A stretch of 18,811 nt of DNA from a virus: UHGV virus genome UHGV-0168127; one strand, 5' to 3'. Positions 1 to 7,928 of this stretch are shown piece after piece. Below the pieces are notes generated by a model that was given only the letters and a program-made list of their open reading frames with translations, did not search any database and was not told where the DNA came from. Position numbers and translations under genes: made by a program. How positions within the stretch are numbered: the stretch's first letter is position 1; every line of letters begins with the position of its first letter.

Positions 1-57
1 TTGATTGGAATGATGTTTTTTAGATGTGAAAAATATTTTACCCGCTATTTTACCCAT
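1..57 (-). CDS. N-terminal fragment of an ORF running off the window start (MGKIAGKIFFTSKKHHSNQ...), identity unknown
   Basis: ATG at 57..55 on the - strand overlaps the stop of the excisionase-like gene (ATGGGTAA arrangement); open to position 1. An integrase would be expected here but the 19 visible residues are not diagnostic. Confidence 0.2.
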   Translation of the reverse strand, partial: MGKIAGKIFFTSKKHHSNQ

Positions 58-250
58 TGGCGCGGCTTAAGAGCTTATTTTTGAATTCACAATGGTCACG
101 ATATAACCATCTTGCTCGTCCGTGGATAACTTTGGCTTTTGGCAGGTCGCCGGACTTAATCCGGTCGTAGATGAAGGTTTTACCAAAGCCAGTATCGGCC
201 ATGATGAATTTCAAATCAACCAGTGAATCAGGCTGTAGTTCGTGTTGCAT
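50..250 (-). CDS. Excisionase-like small winged-helix DNA-binding protein (TorI/AlpA-type recombination directionality factor)
   Basis: 66-aa ORF from the track; size and basic helix-turn-wing region (GKTFIYDRIKSGDLPKAKVIHGRARWLYRDH) fit phage excisionases; sits at the distal end of the leftward operon after an intrinsic terminator. Family named from memory. Confidence 0.55.
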   Translation of the reverse strand: MQHELQPDSLVDLKFIMADTGFGKTFIYDRIKSGDLPKAKVIHGRARWLYRDHCEFKNKLLSRANG

Positions 251-292
251 GAGTGCTATCTCCGAATAGGGAATCGAACCTGCAAATCAGGC

Positions 293-320
293 AATAAAAA
301 ACCGCCATCAGACGGCTTGG
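293..320 (-). terminator. Intrinsic terminator-like hairpin plus T-run downstream of the left 55-aa gene
   Basis: On the - strand: GCCGTCTGATGGCGG hairpin (with G-U pairs) followed by TTTTTTATT; homologous position to the perfect hairpin at 17444..17468. Confidence 0.4.
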
Positions 321-475
321 TGTTCTTTCAGTTCTTCAATTCGAATATTGGTTACGTCTGCATGTGCTATCTGCGCCCACAGCATCCAGTGGTCATAGCA
401 GTCGTTGATGTTCTCTGCTTCGATAACTTTGTTGAATGGCTCTCCATTCCATTCACCTGTGACTCGGAAGTGCAT
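308..475 (-). CDS. Small conserved 55-aa lambdoid protein (left copy), function unknown
   Basis: Manual translation MHFRVTGEWNGEPFNKVIEAENINDCYDHWMLWAQIAHADVTNIRIEELKEHQAV; GGAG RBS 7 nt upstream of the ATG; about 90% identical to the 55-aa ORF at 17288..17455. Missed by the ORF track (below 60 aa); the track ORF 242..490 (+) is its antisense shadow. Confidence 0.6.
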   Translation of the reverse strand: MHFRVTGEWNGEPFNKVIEAENINDCYDHWMLWAQIAHADVTNIRIEELKEHQAV

Positions 476-485
476 TTATCATCTC

Positions 486-513
486 CATAAAACAAAACTC
501 GCCGTAGCGAGTT
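486..513 (-). terminator. Hairpin plus T-rich tract upstream of the 55-aa gene (terminator-like)
   Basis: On the - strand AACTCGC-TACG-GCGAGTT (7-bp stem) followed by TTGTTTTATGG; conserved in the right copy near 17250..17275. Confidence 0.35.
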
Positions 514-563
514 CAGATAAAAGAAATCCCCGCGAGTGCGAGGATAGTTACTTGTTCATATTA

Positions 564-845
564 TTAATCGTCAATATATTTTGAGCATTGTGGGCAATCA
601 TCAATCCCACAATACGATTCATATGCATCCTTTATTGCGTCGCGGGCTTCAGTAAGAGTATTGAATAAGTTGCAGCTATTATCTTTTTGATATAGGTAAG
701 TTCCTAATTTATAAGCAGAAGAAGCATCATTTCCGCTGTCTAAAATTACATCGTTATGGATTCTGCACCTTGCAAGAACTCCTGATCCCATAAGGGTCTG
801 CATAGCCCATTGCTCTTGATCTTCACACAAATCATGAATGCTCAT
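564..845 (-). CDS. Ea8.5-like protein (93 aa) with C-terminal CxxC pair
   Basis: Track ORF 564..863 trimmed to the ATG at 845, which has a GAGGTG RBS. MSIHDL...SGVL..CR.H...SAYK...CPQCSKYIDD pattern matches my recollection of lambda Ea8.5 (also 93 aa). Confidence 0.5.
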   Translation of the reverse strand: MSIHDLCEDQEQWAMQTLMGSGVLARCRIHNDVILDSGNDASSAYKLGTYLYQKDNSCNLFNTLTEARDAIKDAYESYCGIDDCPQCSKYIDD

Positions 846-1023
846 TTCAACACCTCTCTTCACGTTTCACACACGTTAAGATTAACAGTGTTTTTACATG
901 CTTTGGAAGATTTATTTTATAAAAACTCTTTTAATACAAATAGATATAATAGTTCACTATTATAGCTCCTTTAATCGAGGCGGTTCTGGTAGAGGCATCC
1001 AGTGGGTTACACCGCCAATTGGC

Positions 1024-1581
1024 TCATCGTCGTCGTACTCCAATGCGGCTATATAGACGAGAATAAGAAATCCCTGACATTACAATGCCATCCGAAACAA
1101 CAATAATGTCACCCGTTTCTTCCGGCATTCGCTCACTACAGCTTATCCAACCATCCGGAATTACCGGAGAGTTGCCGGGTTCTTTAATGTGCAAGCGAGG
1201 CTCACCATCTTTTGGCTCAGGCCACTGGCGCTCCATGTTGATCTTCAATTTATTTTCCATAGCAGCGGTAATTTCAGCATCACTGATACCAGCACGGCGC
1301 TGTGCATCCCACAACAGGAACTGCATATCAGCCCACTCGCTGAGATCGTCAGGTTCGGCTGCGGCTTCCAGTGCCTCTTTTGAGAGGTGTTTCAGTGGAC
1401 CAATGGGGCCAACGCAGCCAAATGTGGAGTCAGACCATTTGGCATGCTCGTGGCGAATCTGTTCGCGTTCCAGTGATGCCAGTGCAATTCGTGCCAGTTC
1501 CATTTGTTCGCCACGAGTAAGCCCGTTTTCAAGCGGATTTTTAATGAATAATTCGATACGTTCTTTGGTAATAGTGGTCAT
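1024..1581 (-). CDS. DUF551-like phage protein (185 aa)
   Basis: N-terminal ELARIALASLE region shared with the ORF at 15747..16454; C-terminal PDGWISCSERMPEE motif typical of the DUF551 family found in ea regions of enterobacterial prophages. Confidence 0.5.
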   Translation of the reverse strand: MTTITKERIELFIKNPLENGLTRGEQMELARIALASLEREQIRHEHAKWSDSTFGCVGPIGPLKHLSKEALEAAAEPDDLSEWADMQFLLWDAQRRAGISDAEITAAMENKLKINMERQWPEPKDGEPRLHIKEPGNSPVIPDGWISCSERMPEETGDIIVVSDGIVMSGISYSRLYSRIGVRRR

Positions 1582-1583
1582 AG

Positions 1584-1775
1584 CTATTTCACCTTAATCT
1601 CAACATTTCGCAGCTTTAGCTCTACTGGCAGGTCTGACTTTCCTGTTAATGCTAATGCGAGATTTTCTGGGGTAATGAGAGCAGTTATTGCTTTCCCCAT
1701 TGCCAGACGAATAATTATTCGTATTTCGCGATCGTCACATGCTCCTGGTCGAACGATTGATATTTGTCCGTCCAT
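1584..1775 (-). CDS. Hypothetical small protein (63 aa)
   Basis: Tightly packed: its start lies 2 nt from the upstream stop and its stop 2 nt from the downstream start, as expected for a real gene in this operon. Confidence 0.4.
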   Translation of the reverse strand: MDGQISIVRPGACDDREIRIIIRLAMGKAITALITPENLALALTGKSDLPVELKLRNVEIKVK

Positions 1776-1776
1776 C

Positions 1777-2493
1777 TCACTCTCCTTTGATGCGAATGCC
1801 AGCGGAGCGGATTGCAGCGATGACTTCAGAAACTTTGTATGCCATTACCGTTTGGTAATCCTCGTGGAAATCTGTTCGATGAAGCATGCTGCTACGTTCC
1901 GGGAGCAGTATTTCCCGCGCTTCCAGTTCTGCAATGCGCTTCTCTGCGGCTTCCAGCTTCTCGCGCATATCGTCAACGTACTCGACCAGAGAACCGCCAG
2001 CAGGAATTTCGCACTCATCGACCAGTTGGAAGTAGATATCAGCTGCGGCCCGTGTGTTGCTATGCCTAGCGTCGCCCATCTCACCTTCACGAAGAGCATC
2101 GCGTTCGGCGGTAAGATTGGCTATTTTGCTGTCTTTGCCTTCCAGCTCAACGCGCAGCTTCCCTACCGTTAGCGCAATATCCTCGTTCTCCTGGTCGCGT
2201 GATTTGATGTATTGCTGGTTTCTTTCCCGTTCATCCAGTAGTGCCAGCACGGTAGCCGGATTGGCTGCGGCGATGAATTCAGCATTGGCCTGCTGTTCTA
2301 TTTGGAAATCTTCATCGAAACCGCTTTCTGTATGCGCTCCTTCAATTCTGAAAATGGGAATATATCCAGCAGCCTCGCGATGAATTAGCACATCATCACC
2401 ATCAAATCGGCCCTCTCCATATTCGAGCGACCACACACCACACGTTGCTTTCTCTGCCTTTTCACGCAGTGCCTGATAGTCAATCTTGCTCAC
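1777..2493 (-). CDS. Ead/Ea22-like family protein (about 238 aa, GTG start overlapping the upstream stop)
   Basis: Track ORF trimmed to the GTG at 2493 (GTGA overlap with the stop of the 2490..3176 gene). N-terminal [15 protein letters not shown] and ANPATVLALLDE motifs are paralogous to the ORF at 15177..15545. Confidence 0.5.
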   Translation of the reverse strand: MSKIDYQALREKAEKATCGVWSLEYGEGRFDGDDVLIHREAAGYIPIFRIEGAHTESGFDEDFQIEQQANAEFIAAANPATVLALLDERERNQQYIKSRDQENEDIALTVGKLRVELEGKDSKIANLTAERDALREGEMGDARHSNTRAAADIYFQLVDECEIPAGGSLVEYVDDMREKLEAAEKRIAELEAREILLPERSSMLHRTDFHEDYQTVMAYKVSEVIAAIRSAGIRIKGE

Positions 2494-3176
2494 TGGTTGC
2501 CTCCTTTGCGAAGCTCTGCGGCGAAATATTCGGCTCTTTTTACGCATTCTTCATAAGCAGCTGCATCAGCAACATCCTCATCAATTAGAGTAAAATCTCG
2601 CTCACCTCTACACCACTGTGCAAACATCTCCACACCCTGCGACCGCACTTCAGCTAGGAAGGCGTCGGTGGCTGGGGTTTTGACAACAATGCTGTCACGC
2701 AGGATGAAGAAAGCATTGAGCATCCCTGTTTCCGGAATTTCAGCAGAATTAAAAGCATCTATCGCCAAGTCCATACTTGGACCAAGTGGCTGCGGATGTG
2801 CGCTTCGCAGAATCTCTTGCTCAGTGATTAGTGCTTGAATCTTTTCCACCAAGTCTGATGGCGAGACATCATCTGCGTCTTCCTGGAAGCCAAGCGCTGA
2901 ACGCACCGCCCGAGATTCAGACATTCTTTGGTATGCCTGTCCTGCTGACATGGAGTAGCGACCATTCTCCGCAGACAGCGCAGCGCACTTGGCCTCAAGG
3001 TTATCAATCGTGATTCCAGCAGAACGACACTCCAGCAACGCTGTTTCCAGTTTTGATTCGAGTTCACCGAACTTACGGACAAGATATTCAGCGTTTGTTT
3101 CGTTAACCTTTAAATCACTTGGGATGCATTTACCTTTAAGAAATCCATCCATCTCAATTAGTGACATTTGTTTCAT
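2490..3176 (-). CDS. Ea22-like protein (228 aa)
   Basis: Shares [11 protein letters not shown] and [12 protein letters not shown] motifs with the + strand ORF 13970..14584; position matches ea22 of lambdoid phages. Confidence 0.55.
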   Translation of the reverse strand: MKQMSLIEMDGFLKGKCIPSDLKVNETNAEYLVRKFGELESKLETALLECRSAGITIDNLEAKCAALSAENGRYSMSAGQAYQRMSESRAVRSALGFQEDADDVSPSDLVEKIQALITEQEILRSAHPQPLGPSMDLAIDAFNSAEIPETGMLNAFFILRDSIVVKTPATDAFLAEVRSQGVEMFAQWCRGERDFTLIDEDVADAAAYEECVKRAEYFAAELRKGGNQ

Positions 3177-3337
3177 TTCTTCCCACTCCGCAACATCGCA
3201 TTCAGATATTTGTTTTGATTCACTGATGGAAAATAATTTCTCTTTAGCAATTCCTCTCTCGATGGCATTGGCTTTACGCGTTGGCGAATAATCATTTCTG
3301 CCGGAAGAATGCCGGGATTGTATGCAAGACCTCTCAT
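3173..3337 (-). CDS. Hypothetical small protein (54 aa)
   Basis: Manual [57 protein letters not shown]; AAAGAGGAA RBS; its stop overlaps the start of the Ea22-like gene (ATGA). Confidence 0.3.
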   Translation of the reverse strand: MRGLAYNPGILPAEMIIRQRVKPMPSREELLKRNYFPSVNQNKYLNAMLRSGKK

Positions 3338-3353
3338 GGTAAATTCCTCTTTG

Positions 3354-3668
3354 TTAATTTATTCGTATGCCTGCTCTTTCTTCATCGAGTTTTTTTAGCT
3401 TGTATCGCATAGCTCTTACTGAATAAATTGAGCGGCAGGTTGCAATTGCTATTTCTTCTGCAGAGAACTTACCGAAAAGTGATACTTCGGCTCTTGTCCA
3501 TCGTCTTCCACGAAGTCGGCTAACAATGTCAGCTCCAATCCTTGTTGCTTTCGCCATTACTGCTTTTTCAGTCCTTTCCAGTTTTTCAGCGATAACTTCA
3601 ACTGGCATTGTTGCCGCTACTTCTCGCAAGAAATCGACTTCCCATTTCTCCCAAGGAGTCTTTTTCAT
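3354..3668 (-). CDS. Hypothetical protein (104 aa), possibly DNA-binding
   Basis: Track ORF with a two-fold internal repeat around conserved Trp/Arg positions; no confident family assignment. Confidence 0.4.
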   Translation of the reverse strand: MKKTPWEKWEVDFLREVAATMPVEVIAEKLERTEKAVMAKATRIGADIVSRLRGRRWTRAEVSLFGKFSAEEIAIATCRSIYSVRAMRYKLKKLDEERAGIRIN

Positions 3669-3679
3669 AGGCGATACCG

Positions 3680-4168
3680 TTATTTGATAAGAAGTGAAGG
3701 TTTCCCAACTTTGAGTTGAGCGCCGGGGATATTTATTCCTGCTTTTAGTTGGTGTTTGATTGCCAGTTTGTCGGCTTTAATTGTCGTTTCAAACTCAACG
3801 TATTCAGGAGGAATGGCGCTTGCGTCGATGATTTCTACAATTTCTGACGGTTTGCGGATTGTTACCTGGTGAATACCTGCTCGAATATTTTTCTTGCCAA
3901 CCATTTCAAGCGATGACGCTATATATGATTTGATGCTGTCAATCTTATTTTGGATTACTGCGGCTCGCTCATTCAGTGACTTTGCCTCTTCCTTGAGGCG
4001 TTCAGCATAACCAGATTCATTTTTAATAATGGCAAGAAGTTGCTCTATTTTATCGGTAAATTCTCCTTCCATGCCTTCTATTGTGTCAGCAATCATCTCT
4101 GGTTCTAAATCTGAATCCATCAATTTTGCGTATTCATTGGCAATTTCATACAGTTTGCTCACTGGCAA
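3680..4168 (-). CDS. Siphovirus Gp157-family protein (162 aa)
   Basis: Length and acidic N-terminal helix followed by a K-rich coiled coil match the Gp157 family; overlaps and is co-oriented with the RecT gene as in other RecT modules. Confidence 0.65.
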   Translation of the reverse strand: MPVSKLYEIANEYAKLMDSDLEPEMIADTIEGMEGEFTDKIEQLLAIIKNESGYAERLKEEAKSLNERAAVIQNKIDSIKSYIASSLEMVGKKNIRAGIHQVTIRKPSEIVEIIDASAIPPEYVEFETTIKADKLAIKHQLKAGINIPGAQLKVGKPSLLIK

Positions 4169-5057
4169 CCTCCAGTTTCGCTTTGCATTCTATGTAAATG
4201 GCTTGTACGTTCTGCTGCAATTTCATTCCAGATGTCAGGCGATATGCTTCTGCAAAATATCGCTTCAAATCATCCATGTTTTCTGCCTGAGCCATTTCAT
4301 CGCAAAGAAGTTGTGCTTTATCCATTATTTCCTGCTGGCGTTTCCGTTCATCTTCGCGGATATCTTCCTCTGATTTGTGCGGCATAACTGGTTCGGTCCA
4401 CACGCCTTCTTCTTCGTTTAGTACGTGAATAGCACTATCAAGGCGTGATGCCTTAGGCCAATACTTGCTTGCACGCTTTACGACTGTCTTTCGCGCCATC
4501 TCATTCCAGTGATTTACCCATGGTCCTTTATCGCTGAATGCCGCCTTGCTTGTTTTCCTTACAGCCTCAATTTCAGCCAGACTCATCTCTTCCGTTAGAT
4601 AATCACCTGCTGGCGTCTTAACTGTGCAGTAAACGCCAACGATATCACCACGGTCACCGAAGGCGTTGTATTTATGGGTTGGTGCTTTATCAAGCCCGTT
4701 TGACTCATAGGTATCGTTAGCATGAACAAGTTTTGCCTGACCCCATGAGATAACACCAGACTCCATTGCAATATGGAGCAATCCCATATAGCTGATATCA
4801 AGGCACACCATGCCGTCGCGAGGAACCAGATAAGCCAGTTTGCTGGCCGGGTTTAAGGTGATGCCGATCGCCGCAACATTGATGATGGCGTTCTGTGCGC
4901 TGGTTGGATTTGCCAGTGCTGTTTTAGCCAGGTAATCGTTTTTCTGGAAATACTGAATTGCAAACTGGCTTTCCTTAGCCCATGTCACCGTCTGTTCAGT
5001 CAATGCTCCGCAGAATAACTGCTCCTGCTGTTTAACGAATTCAACGATATTGCTCAT
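4146..5057 (-). CDS. recT: RecT-family single-strand annealing recombinase (303 aa)
   Basis: GPWVNHWNEMARKTVVKRASKYWP closely resembles the conserved RecT segment GPWVTHWEEMAKKTAIRRLFKYLP; gene sits where lambda has bet. Confidence 0.8.
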   Translation of the reverse strand: MSNIVEFVKQQEQLFCGALTEQTVTWAKESQFAIQYFQKNDYLAKTALANPTSAQNAIINVAAIGITLNPASKLAYLVPRDGMVCLDISYMGLLHIAMESGVISWGQAKLVHANDTYESNGLDKAPTHKYNAFGDRGDIVGVYCTVKTPAGDYLTEEMSLAEIEAVRKTSKAAFSDKGPWVNHWNEMARKTVVKRASKYWPKASRLDSAIHVLNEEEGVWTEPVMPHKSEEDIREDERKRQQEIMDKAQLLCDEMAQAENMDDLKRYFAEAYRLTSGMKLQQNVQAIYIECKAKLEVASEQTV

Positions 5058-5365
5058 GCAGCTTCTCCAAAAATGTGTCTGCGTTTGAATATTGCGAAGG
5101 CATATTCAGCCTTAACTCTTTCGGTTATTGCATCCCAGAACCATTCAGCGGCTTTTTCCTGATAGTTACAGTCATCATCTTCCAGCCAGTCGATAGCGTC
5201 CTTAGTGTGTTCATCTGGTTTATATGAGCGAAGCATTTCGCTTATTGGGTCGCAACGTTTGCAGAGGCGATCAACTTCACTGTTGATTCGTTCGTAATCT
5301 TCATCAGTAAAACTTGCGATTATTTGCGATATTTCACGCTTATCATTCAGAGTCAGAATCATCAT
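5054..5365 (-). CDS. Hypothetical acidic protein (103 aa) at the gam position
   Basis: Start overlaps the small-ORF cluster upstream and its stop overlaps the recT start (ATGA); acidic C-terminal half; no family recognised. Confidence 0.45.
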   Translation of the reverse strand: MMILTLNDKREISQIIASFTDEDYERINSEVDRLCKRCDPISEMLRSYKPDEHTKDAIDWLEDDDCNYQEKAAEWFWDAITERVKAEYAFAIFKRRHIFGEAA

Positions 5366-5446
5366 CTTTCTCCTGTTCTTTGTGCTGATTGAGCATTTTG
5401 TTCATCTGACGAATGAATTCTTCGTCTGACCAGTTATCTGTAAAAC

Positions 5447-5599
5447 TCATTTCCTGCGATACCACGGAAGGTTGATAGCTGATTTCATCGCTTTATTTGC
5501 TTCAAGCCACATTTTTGAATCACCAATAAATCGGGCTATTACTGCTTTGTTCTGTGCTGCACGAAGCATCTGGTGATTGATGGCTATTTCATTGCGCAT
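5447..5599 (-). CDS. kil: Kil-like small protein (50 aa), putative host cell-division inhibitor
   Basis: Manual ORF MRNEIAINHQMLRAAQNKAVIARFIGDSKMWLEANKAMKSAINLPWYRRK; overlaps the 3' end of cIII as kil does in lambda; the IA.FIGD..M segment matches my recollection of lambda Kil (TIATFIGDEKMF). Confidence 0.45.
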   Translation of the reverse strand: MRNEIAINHQMLRAAQNKAVIARFIGDSKMWLEANKAMKSAINLPWYRRK

Positions 5600-5715
5600 A
5601 ATAAGACCTCAACTCTTTTCCATCCGTCACGTAATTTACGGGTGATTCGTTCAAGTAAAGATTCATTTAGTTGGAAGGCACCCATGCGAGCGCCTCCCGC
5701 GATTGCGTAAATCAT
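5584..5715 (-). CDS. cIII: CIII-like protein (43 aa), putative FtsH inhibitor
   Basis: Manual ORF MIYAIAGGARMGAFQLNESLLERITRKLRDGWKRVEVLLCAMK with AAGGAA RBS; ESLLERITRKLRDGWKR matches the conserved core of lambda CIII as I recall it. Confidence 0.65.
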   Translation of the reverse strand: MIYAIAGGARMGAFQLNESLLERITRKLRDGWKRVEVLLCAMK

Positions 5716-5739
5716 GGGTGGTTCCTTATGTTGGTTTTA

Positions 5740-6741
5740 TTAGTAGGTTATTTTTGTTGCGAATACTTCGCCTTTTACGATGGCTGTTATGATATTTTTA
5801 GCAACATCTTCTGATGCGCCAACCTTGATAAGGTCAGCAAGTATTTTGTTATTTACTTCTTTCCGGTGAGCTTTATCCTTTGCTCTACGCTCTTCTTCGT
5901 CCTTGATTCTTTTTTCTTCTGCTATTCTGGCTTGCTCTTTTGCTTCAGCCTCGCGCAGGATTCGTTCTGCCTCCTCCTGTGCTTTACGGCGTTCTGCTTC
6001 AATTGCCGCATGCTTTTCTCTTTCAGCTCGTTCTGCTGCCTCTTTTGCTTCGCGCTGTGCTCGTTGCTCGGCTTCAATGCGTTCACGCTCTGCACGTTCC
6101 GCTGCGGCCTTAGCTTCTGCTTCACGGCGCGCTGCGGCTTCAATCTCTGCTTTGTGCTTCGCTTCGGCATCGCGTCGGGCTTGCTCTGCCGCTTCACTCT
6201 TAATGCGCTCTTCATGCTCACGTTGAGCCTGTTCCGCCTGGCGGCGCTGCTCTTCGCGGTCACGGTCGAAATCCTTGTTCATCAGCAGAGCCATTTCGTG
6301 GTCTGCTTCGAACTTGGCCGCCAACTCCTGATCGAACTTGATGTTCATTTCCAGCGCTTCGGCGTGCAACGCGTTCATGGCTTCTTCAGCCTTAATGCGC
6401 TCCTGCTCGGCTTCCCATTCGGTGAGTGGGCGGCGGGTGGCATCACGTAGCTCGTCGCAGGCATCAACGAAACGCTTAATTTCCGCCTCAGCGGGGCGCA
6501 CAGCCTCTTTCAGGCGCTTCAGGTACTCACGCCCCGGCTTTTCGATTGCCGTCTTGCTGCGCGACACCTGCGCCGCCAGAGAGGCGACACGGTCACGGCC
6601 TTTCTTCGTTGACAGGTCCGGCACTTCGTTTACTGCCTGGCGGATTTGCTCGAGGTAAGCGTCAAGGCCGCCCGCTACGTAAAGCGCTGGCGCCTGCTCC
6701 GGCGTGATTTCGATGACAGTTAAGTCCATTACTTCGCTCAT
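5740..6741 (-). CDS. Coiled-coil protein (about 333 aa) with a long E/A/R/K-rich repetitive C-terminal half
   Basis: Track ORF 5740..6849 trimmed to the ATG at 6741 (AGGAGA RBS), because the upstream part is occupied by another small gene; low-complexity charged repeats generate the many shadow ORFs on both strands in 5866..6658. Confidence 0.55.
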   Translation of the reverse strand: MSEVMDLTVIEITPEQAPALYVAGGLDAYLEQIRQAVNEVPDLSTKKGRDRVASLAAQVSRSKTAIEKPGREYLKRLKEAVRPAEAEIKRFVDACDELRDATRRPLTEWEAEQERIKAEEAMNALHAEALEMNIKFDQELAAKFEADHEMALLMNKDFDRDREEQRRQAEQAQREHEERIKSEAAEQARRDAEAKHKAEIEAAARREAEAKAAAERAERERIEAEQRAQREAKEAAERAEREKHAAIEAERRKAQEEAERILREAEAKEQARIAEEKRIKDEEERRAKDKAHRKEVNNKILADLIKVGASEDVAKNIITAIVKGEVFATKITY

Positions 6742-6811
6742 GGTTTCTCCTGAAATTTGGATGTGCAGATCCCGCCCGCTTTTAGCCAGGCCGATCGGTT
6801 GAATAGGGGAA

Positions 6812-6952
6812 TTAGGCTGTTTTTCTATGCCACGGATAACCGATGGCAACCTTCATTTCGTCGTAGGCTGCCATCCACATGGCGCCATCACCGATAAACA
6901 GGGCAATGGCTGCTTTGCTCTGCGCGGCGCGCAGCAGGTGATGATTGATCAT
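6812..6952 (-). CDS. Kil-like paralog (46 aa)
   Basis: Manual ORF MINHHLLRAAQSKAAIALFIGDGAMWMAAYDEMKVAIGYPWHRKTA; start overlaps the upstream stop (ATGA); clearly paralogous to the ORF at 5447..5599. Confidence 0.4.
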   Translation of the reverse strand: MINHHLLRAAQSKAAIALFIGDGAMWMAAYDEMKVAIGYPWHRKTA

Positions 6953-7107
6953 ACCTTCACCTCAACCTGTTCCAGGAGGCCAGCGATATTCATCTGTTGG
7001 CGGTTCAGCGTCAGCTTGTCGCGCGGTGCCGATACCGACGTCAGCTGCCACTCGTTATCGTTGAGCTTTTTGTCGGTGTACTGCTTGCCGTTGTGGGTGA
7101 CTGTCAT
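6949..7107 (-). CDS. Hypothetical small protein (52 aa)
   Basis: Track ORF 6949..7149 trimmed to the ATG at 7107, which has an AGGTGG RBS. Confidence 0.35.
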   Translation of the reverse strand: MTVTHNGKQYTDKKLNDNEWQLTSVSAPRDKLTLNRQQMNIAGLLEQVEVKV

Positions 7108-7108
7108 C

Positions 7109-7318
7109 TCACACCACCTTGAATAAGAACCAGACCATACCGCACACAATCAGGCCCACAATGGTTATTGCGGAAGACATGCGTACATGGTCAATGGCTA
7201 GTTTTGAAATTGGCTGGCGATGTTCTTTTTTCGTCAGCGAGTTGATTGCTATGCCGAGCAGAAACGTCCCGACAAACCATAATGCGTATATCTTTAAGCC
7301 CAACTCCAAATCACTCAT
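7109..7318 (-). CDS. Small membrane protein (69 aa, two predicted transmembrane helices)
   Basis: Two hydrophobic stretches (IYALWFVGTFLLGIAI and AITIVGLIVCGMVWFLF) separated by a basic loop. Confidence 0.45.
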   Translation of the reverse strand: MSDLELGLKIYALWFVGTFLLGIAINSLTKKEHRQPISKLAIDHVRMSSAITIVGLIVCGMVWFLFKVV

Positions 7319-7453
7319 AAATCCTCTTGGCCTTATCGCGGCGAACGGAACGGTTAATACAAGACTTCAACGCATTTATTCAGTGTTTCAATGGGCGGTG
7401 GATGGCCGCCGGTTGTCATAACTAAGCCGCCTCGGTGAAGCGACTGAGGTATG

Positions 7454-7475
7454 AAAAAACCCGCCGTGGCGGGTC
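7454..7475 (-). terminator. Intrinsic terminator inside the leftward operon
   Basis: On the - strand GACCCGCC-AC-GGCGGGT hairpin directly followed by TTTTTTCAT, immediately after the stop of the 7477..7797 gene. Confidence 0.45.
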
Positions 7476-7476
7476 T

Positions 7477-7797
7477 TCAGAAATAGTCTTTATGGTCGTG
7501 CATCGCTTGCTGGAGGATCACCTTTGCATCTTCAAAGCTGGCAGATTCAAAAGCCTCTCTTATGGCCTTAGCCAGGCAAGTCGCATCGCTTTCATAGTCA
7601 TCAGCTCTGCTTTCCCAGTTTGATGCCTCTTCTTCAGCCTCATAAAGGCGATCGCCATACTCGCACTCGAGTTCCTGGCGCACTTCATCGCGAAGCTTCT
7701 CCTTGATGATTTCGGAGGCTTCTTCAATCGGCATTGTTTCCAGAATCGTCTCTGGCTGATGAGTGCCGTATTTCAGTGAGATGTCAGTAGCAAACAT
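7477..7797 (-). CDS. Hypothetical highly acidic protein (106 aa)
   Basis: Track ORF trimmed to the ATG at 7797 (GGAGGT RBS); roughly 30% Asp/Glu. Confidence 0.45.
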   Translation of the reverse strand: MFATDISLKYGTHQPETILETMPIEEASEIIKEKLRDEVRQELECEYGDRLYEAEEEASNWESRADDYESDATCLAKAIREAFESASFEDAKVILQQAMHDHKDYF

Positions 7798-7806
7798 GCA
7801 ACCTCC

Positions 7807-7835
7807 AAAAAAATTGCCCTCACACTGGAGGGCAA
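7807..7835 (-). terminator. Terminator-like hairpin plus T-run just upstream of the acidic-protein gene
   Basis: On the - strand TTGCCCTC-CAGTGT-GAGGGCAA (8-bp stem) followed by TTTTTTT. Confidence 0.35.
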
Positions 7836-7928
7836 AGAAGATTTCCAATAATCAGAACAAGTCGGCTCCTGTTTAGTTACGAGCGACATTGCTCCGTGTA
7901 TTCACTCGTTGGAATGAATACACAGTGC

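Larger units (their letters stand above)
291..545. repeat. Left copy of a roughly 255-bp inverted repeat (about 94% identity with 17219..17473)
   Basis: Hand alignment of the reverse complement of 291..545 against 17219..17473 gives about 14 mismatches; covers the 55-aa gene and both flanking hairpins. Confidence 0.8.

Noticed and set aside
242-490. 82-aa ORF on the + strand
   Set aside because: Antisense shadow of the 55-aa - strand gene (308..475), whose homolog on the other arm has a clear RBS and terminator; the + strand ORF has neither.
1085-1597. 170-aa and 64-aa ORFs on the + strand
   Set aside because: Antisense to the DUF551-like gene, which has paralog support; Ser-rich low-complexity translation.
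5866-6658. Several overlapping ORFs on both strands (194, 107, 113 and 106 aa) and repetitive sequence that could suggest a repeat array
   Set aside because: All lie inside the charged-repeat coiled-coil gene; they are frame shadows of GC-rich repetitive codons. The repeats are irregular and coding, with no spacer periodicity, so this is not a CRISPR array.
7380-7445. 21-aa ORF (MTTGGHPPPIETLNKCVEVLY) on the - strand after the 7454..7475 terminator
   Set aside because: Too short and unsupported to call; noted only as a possible leader peptide.
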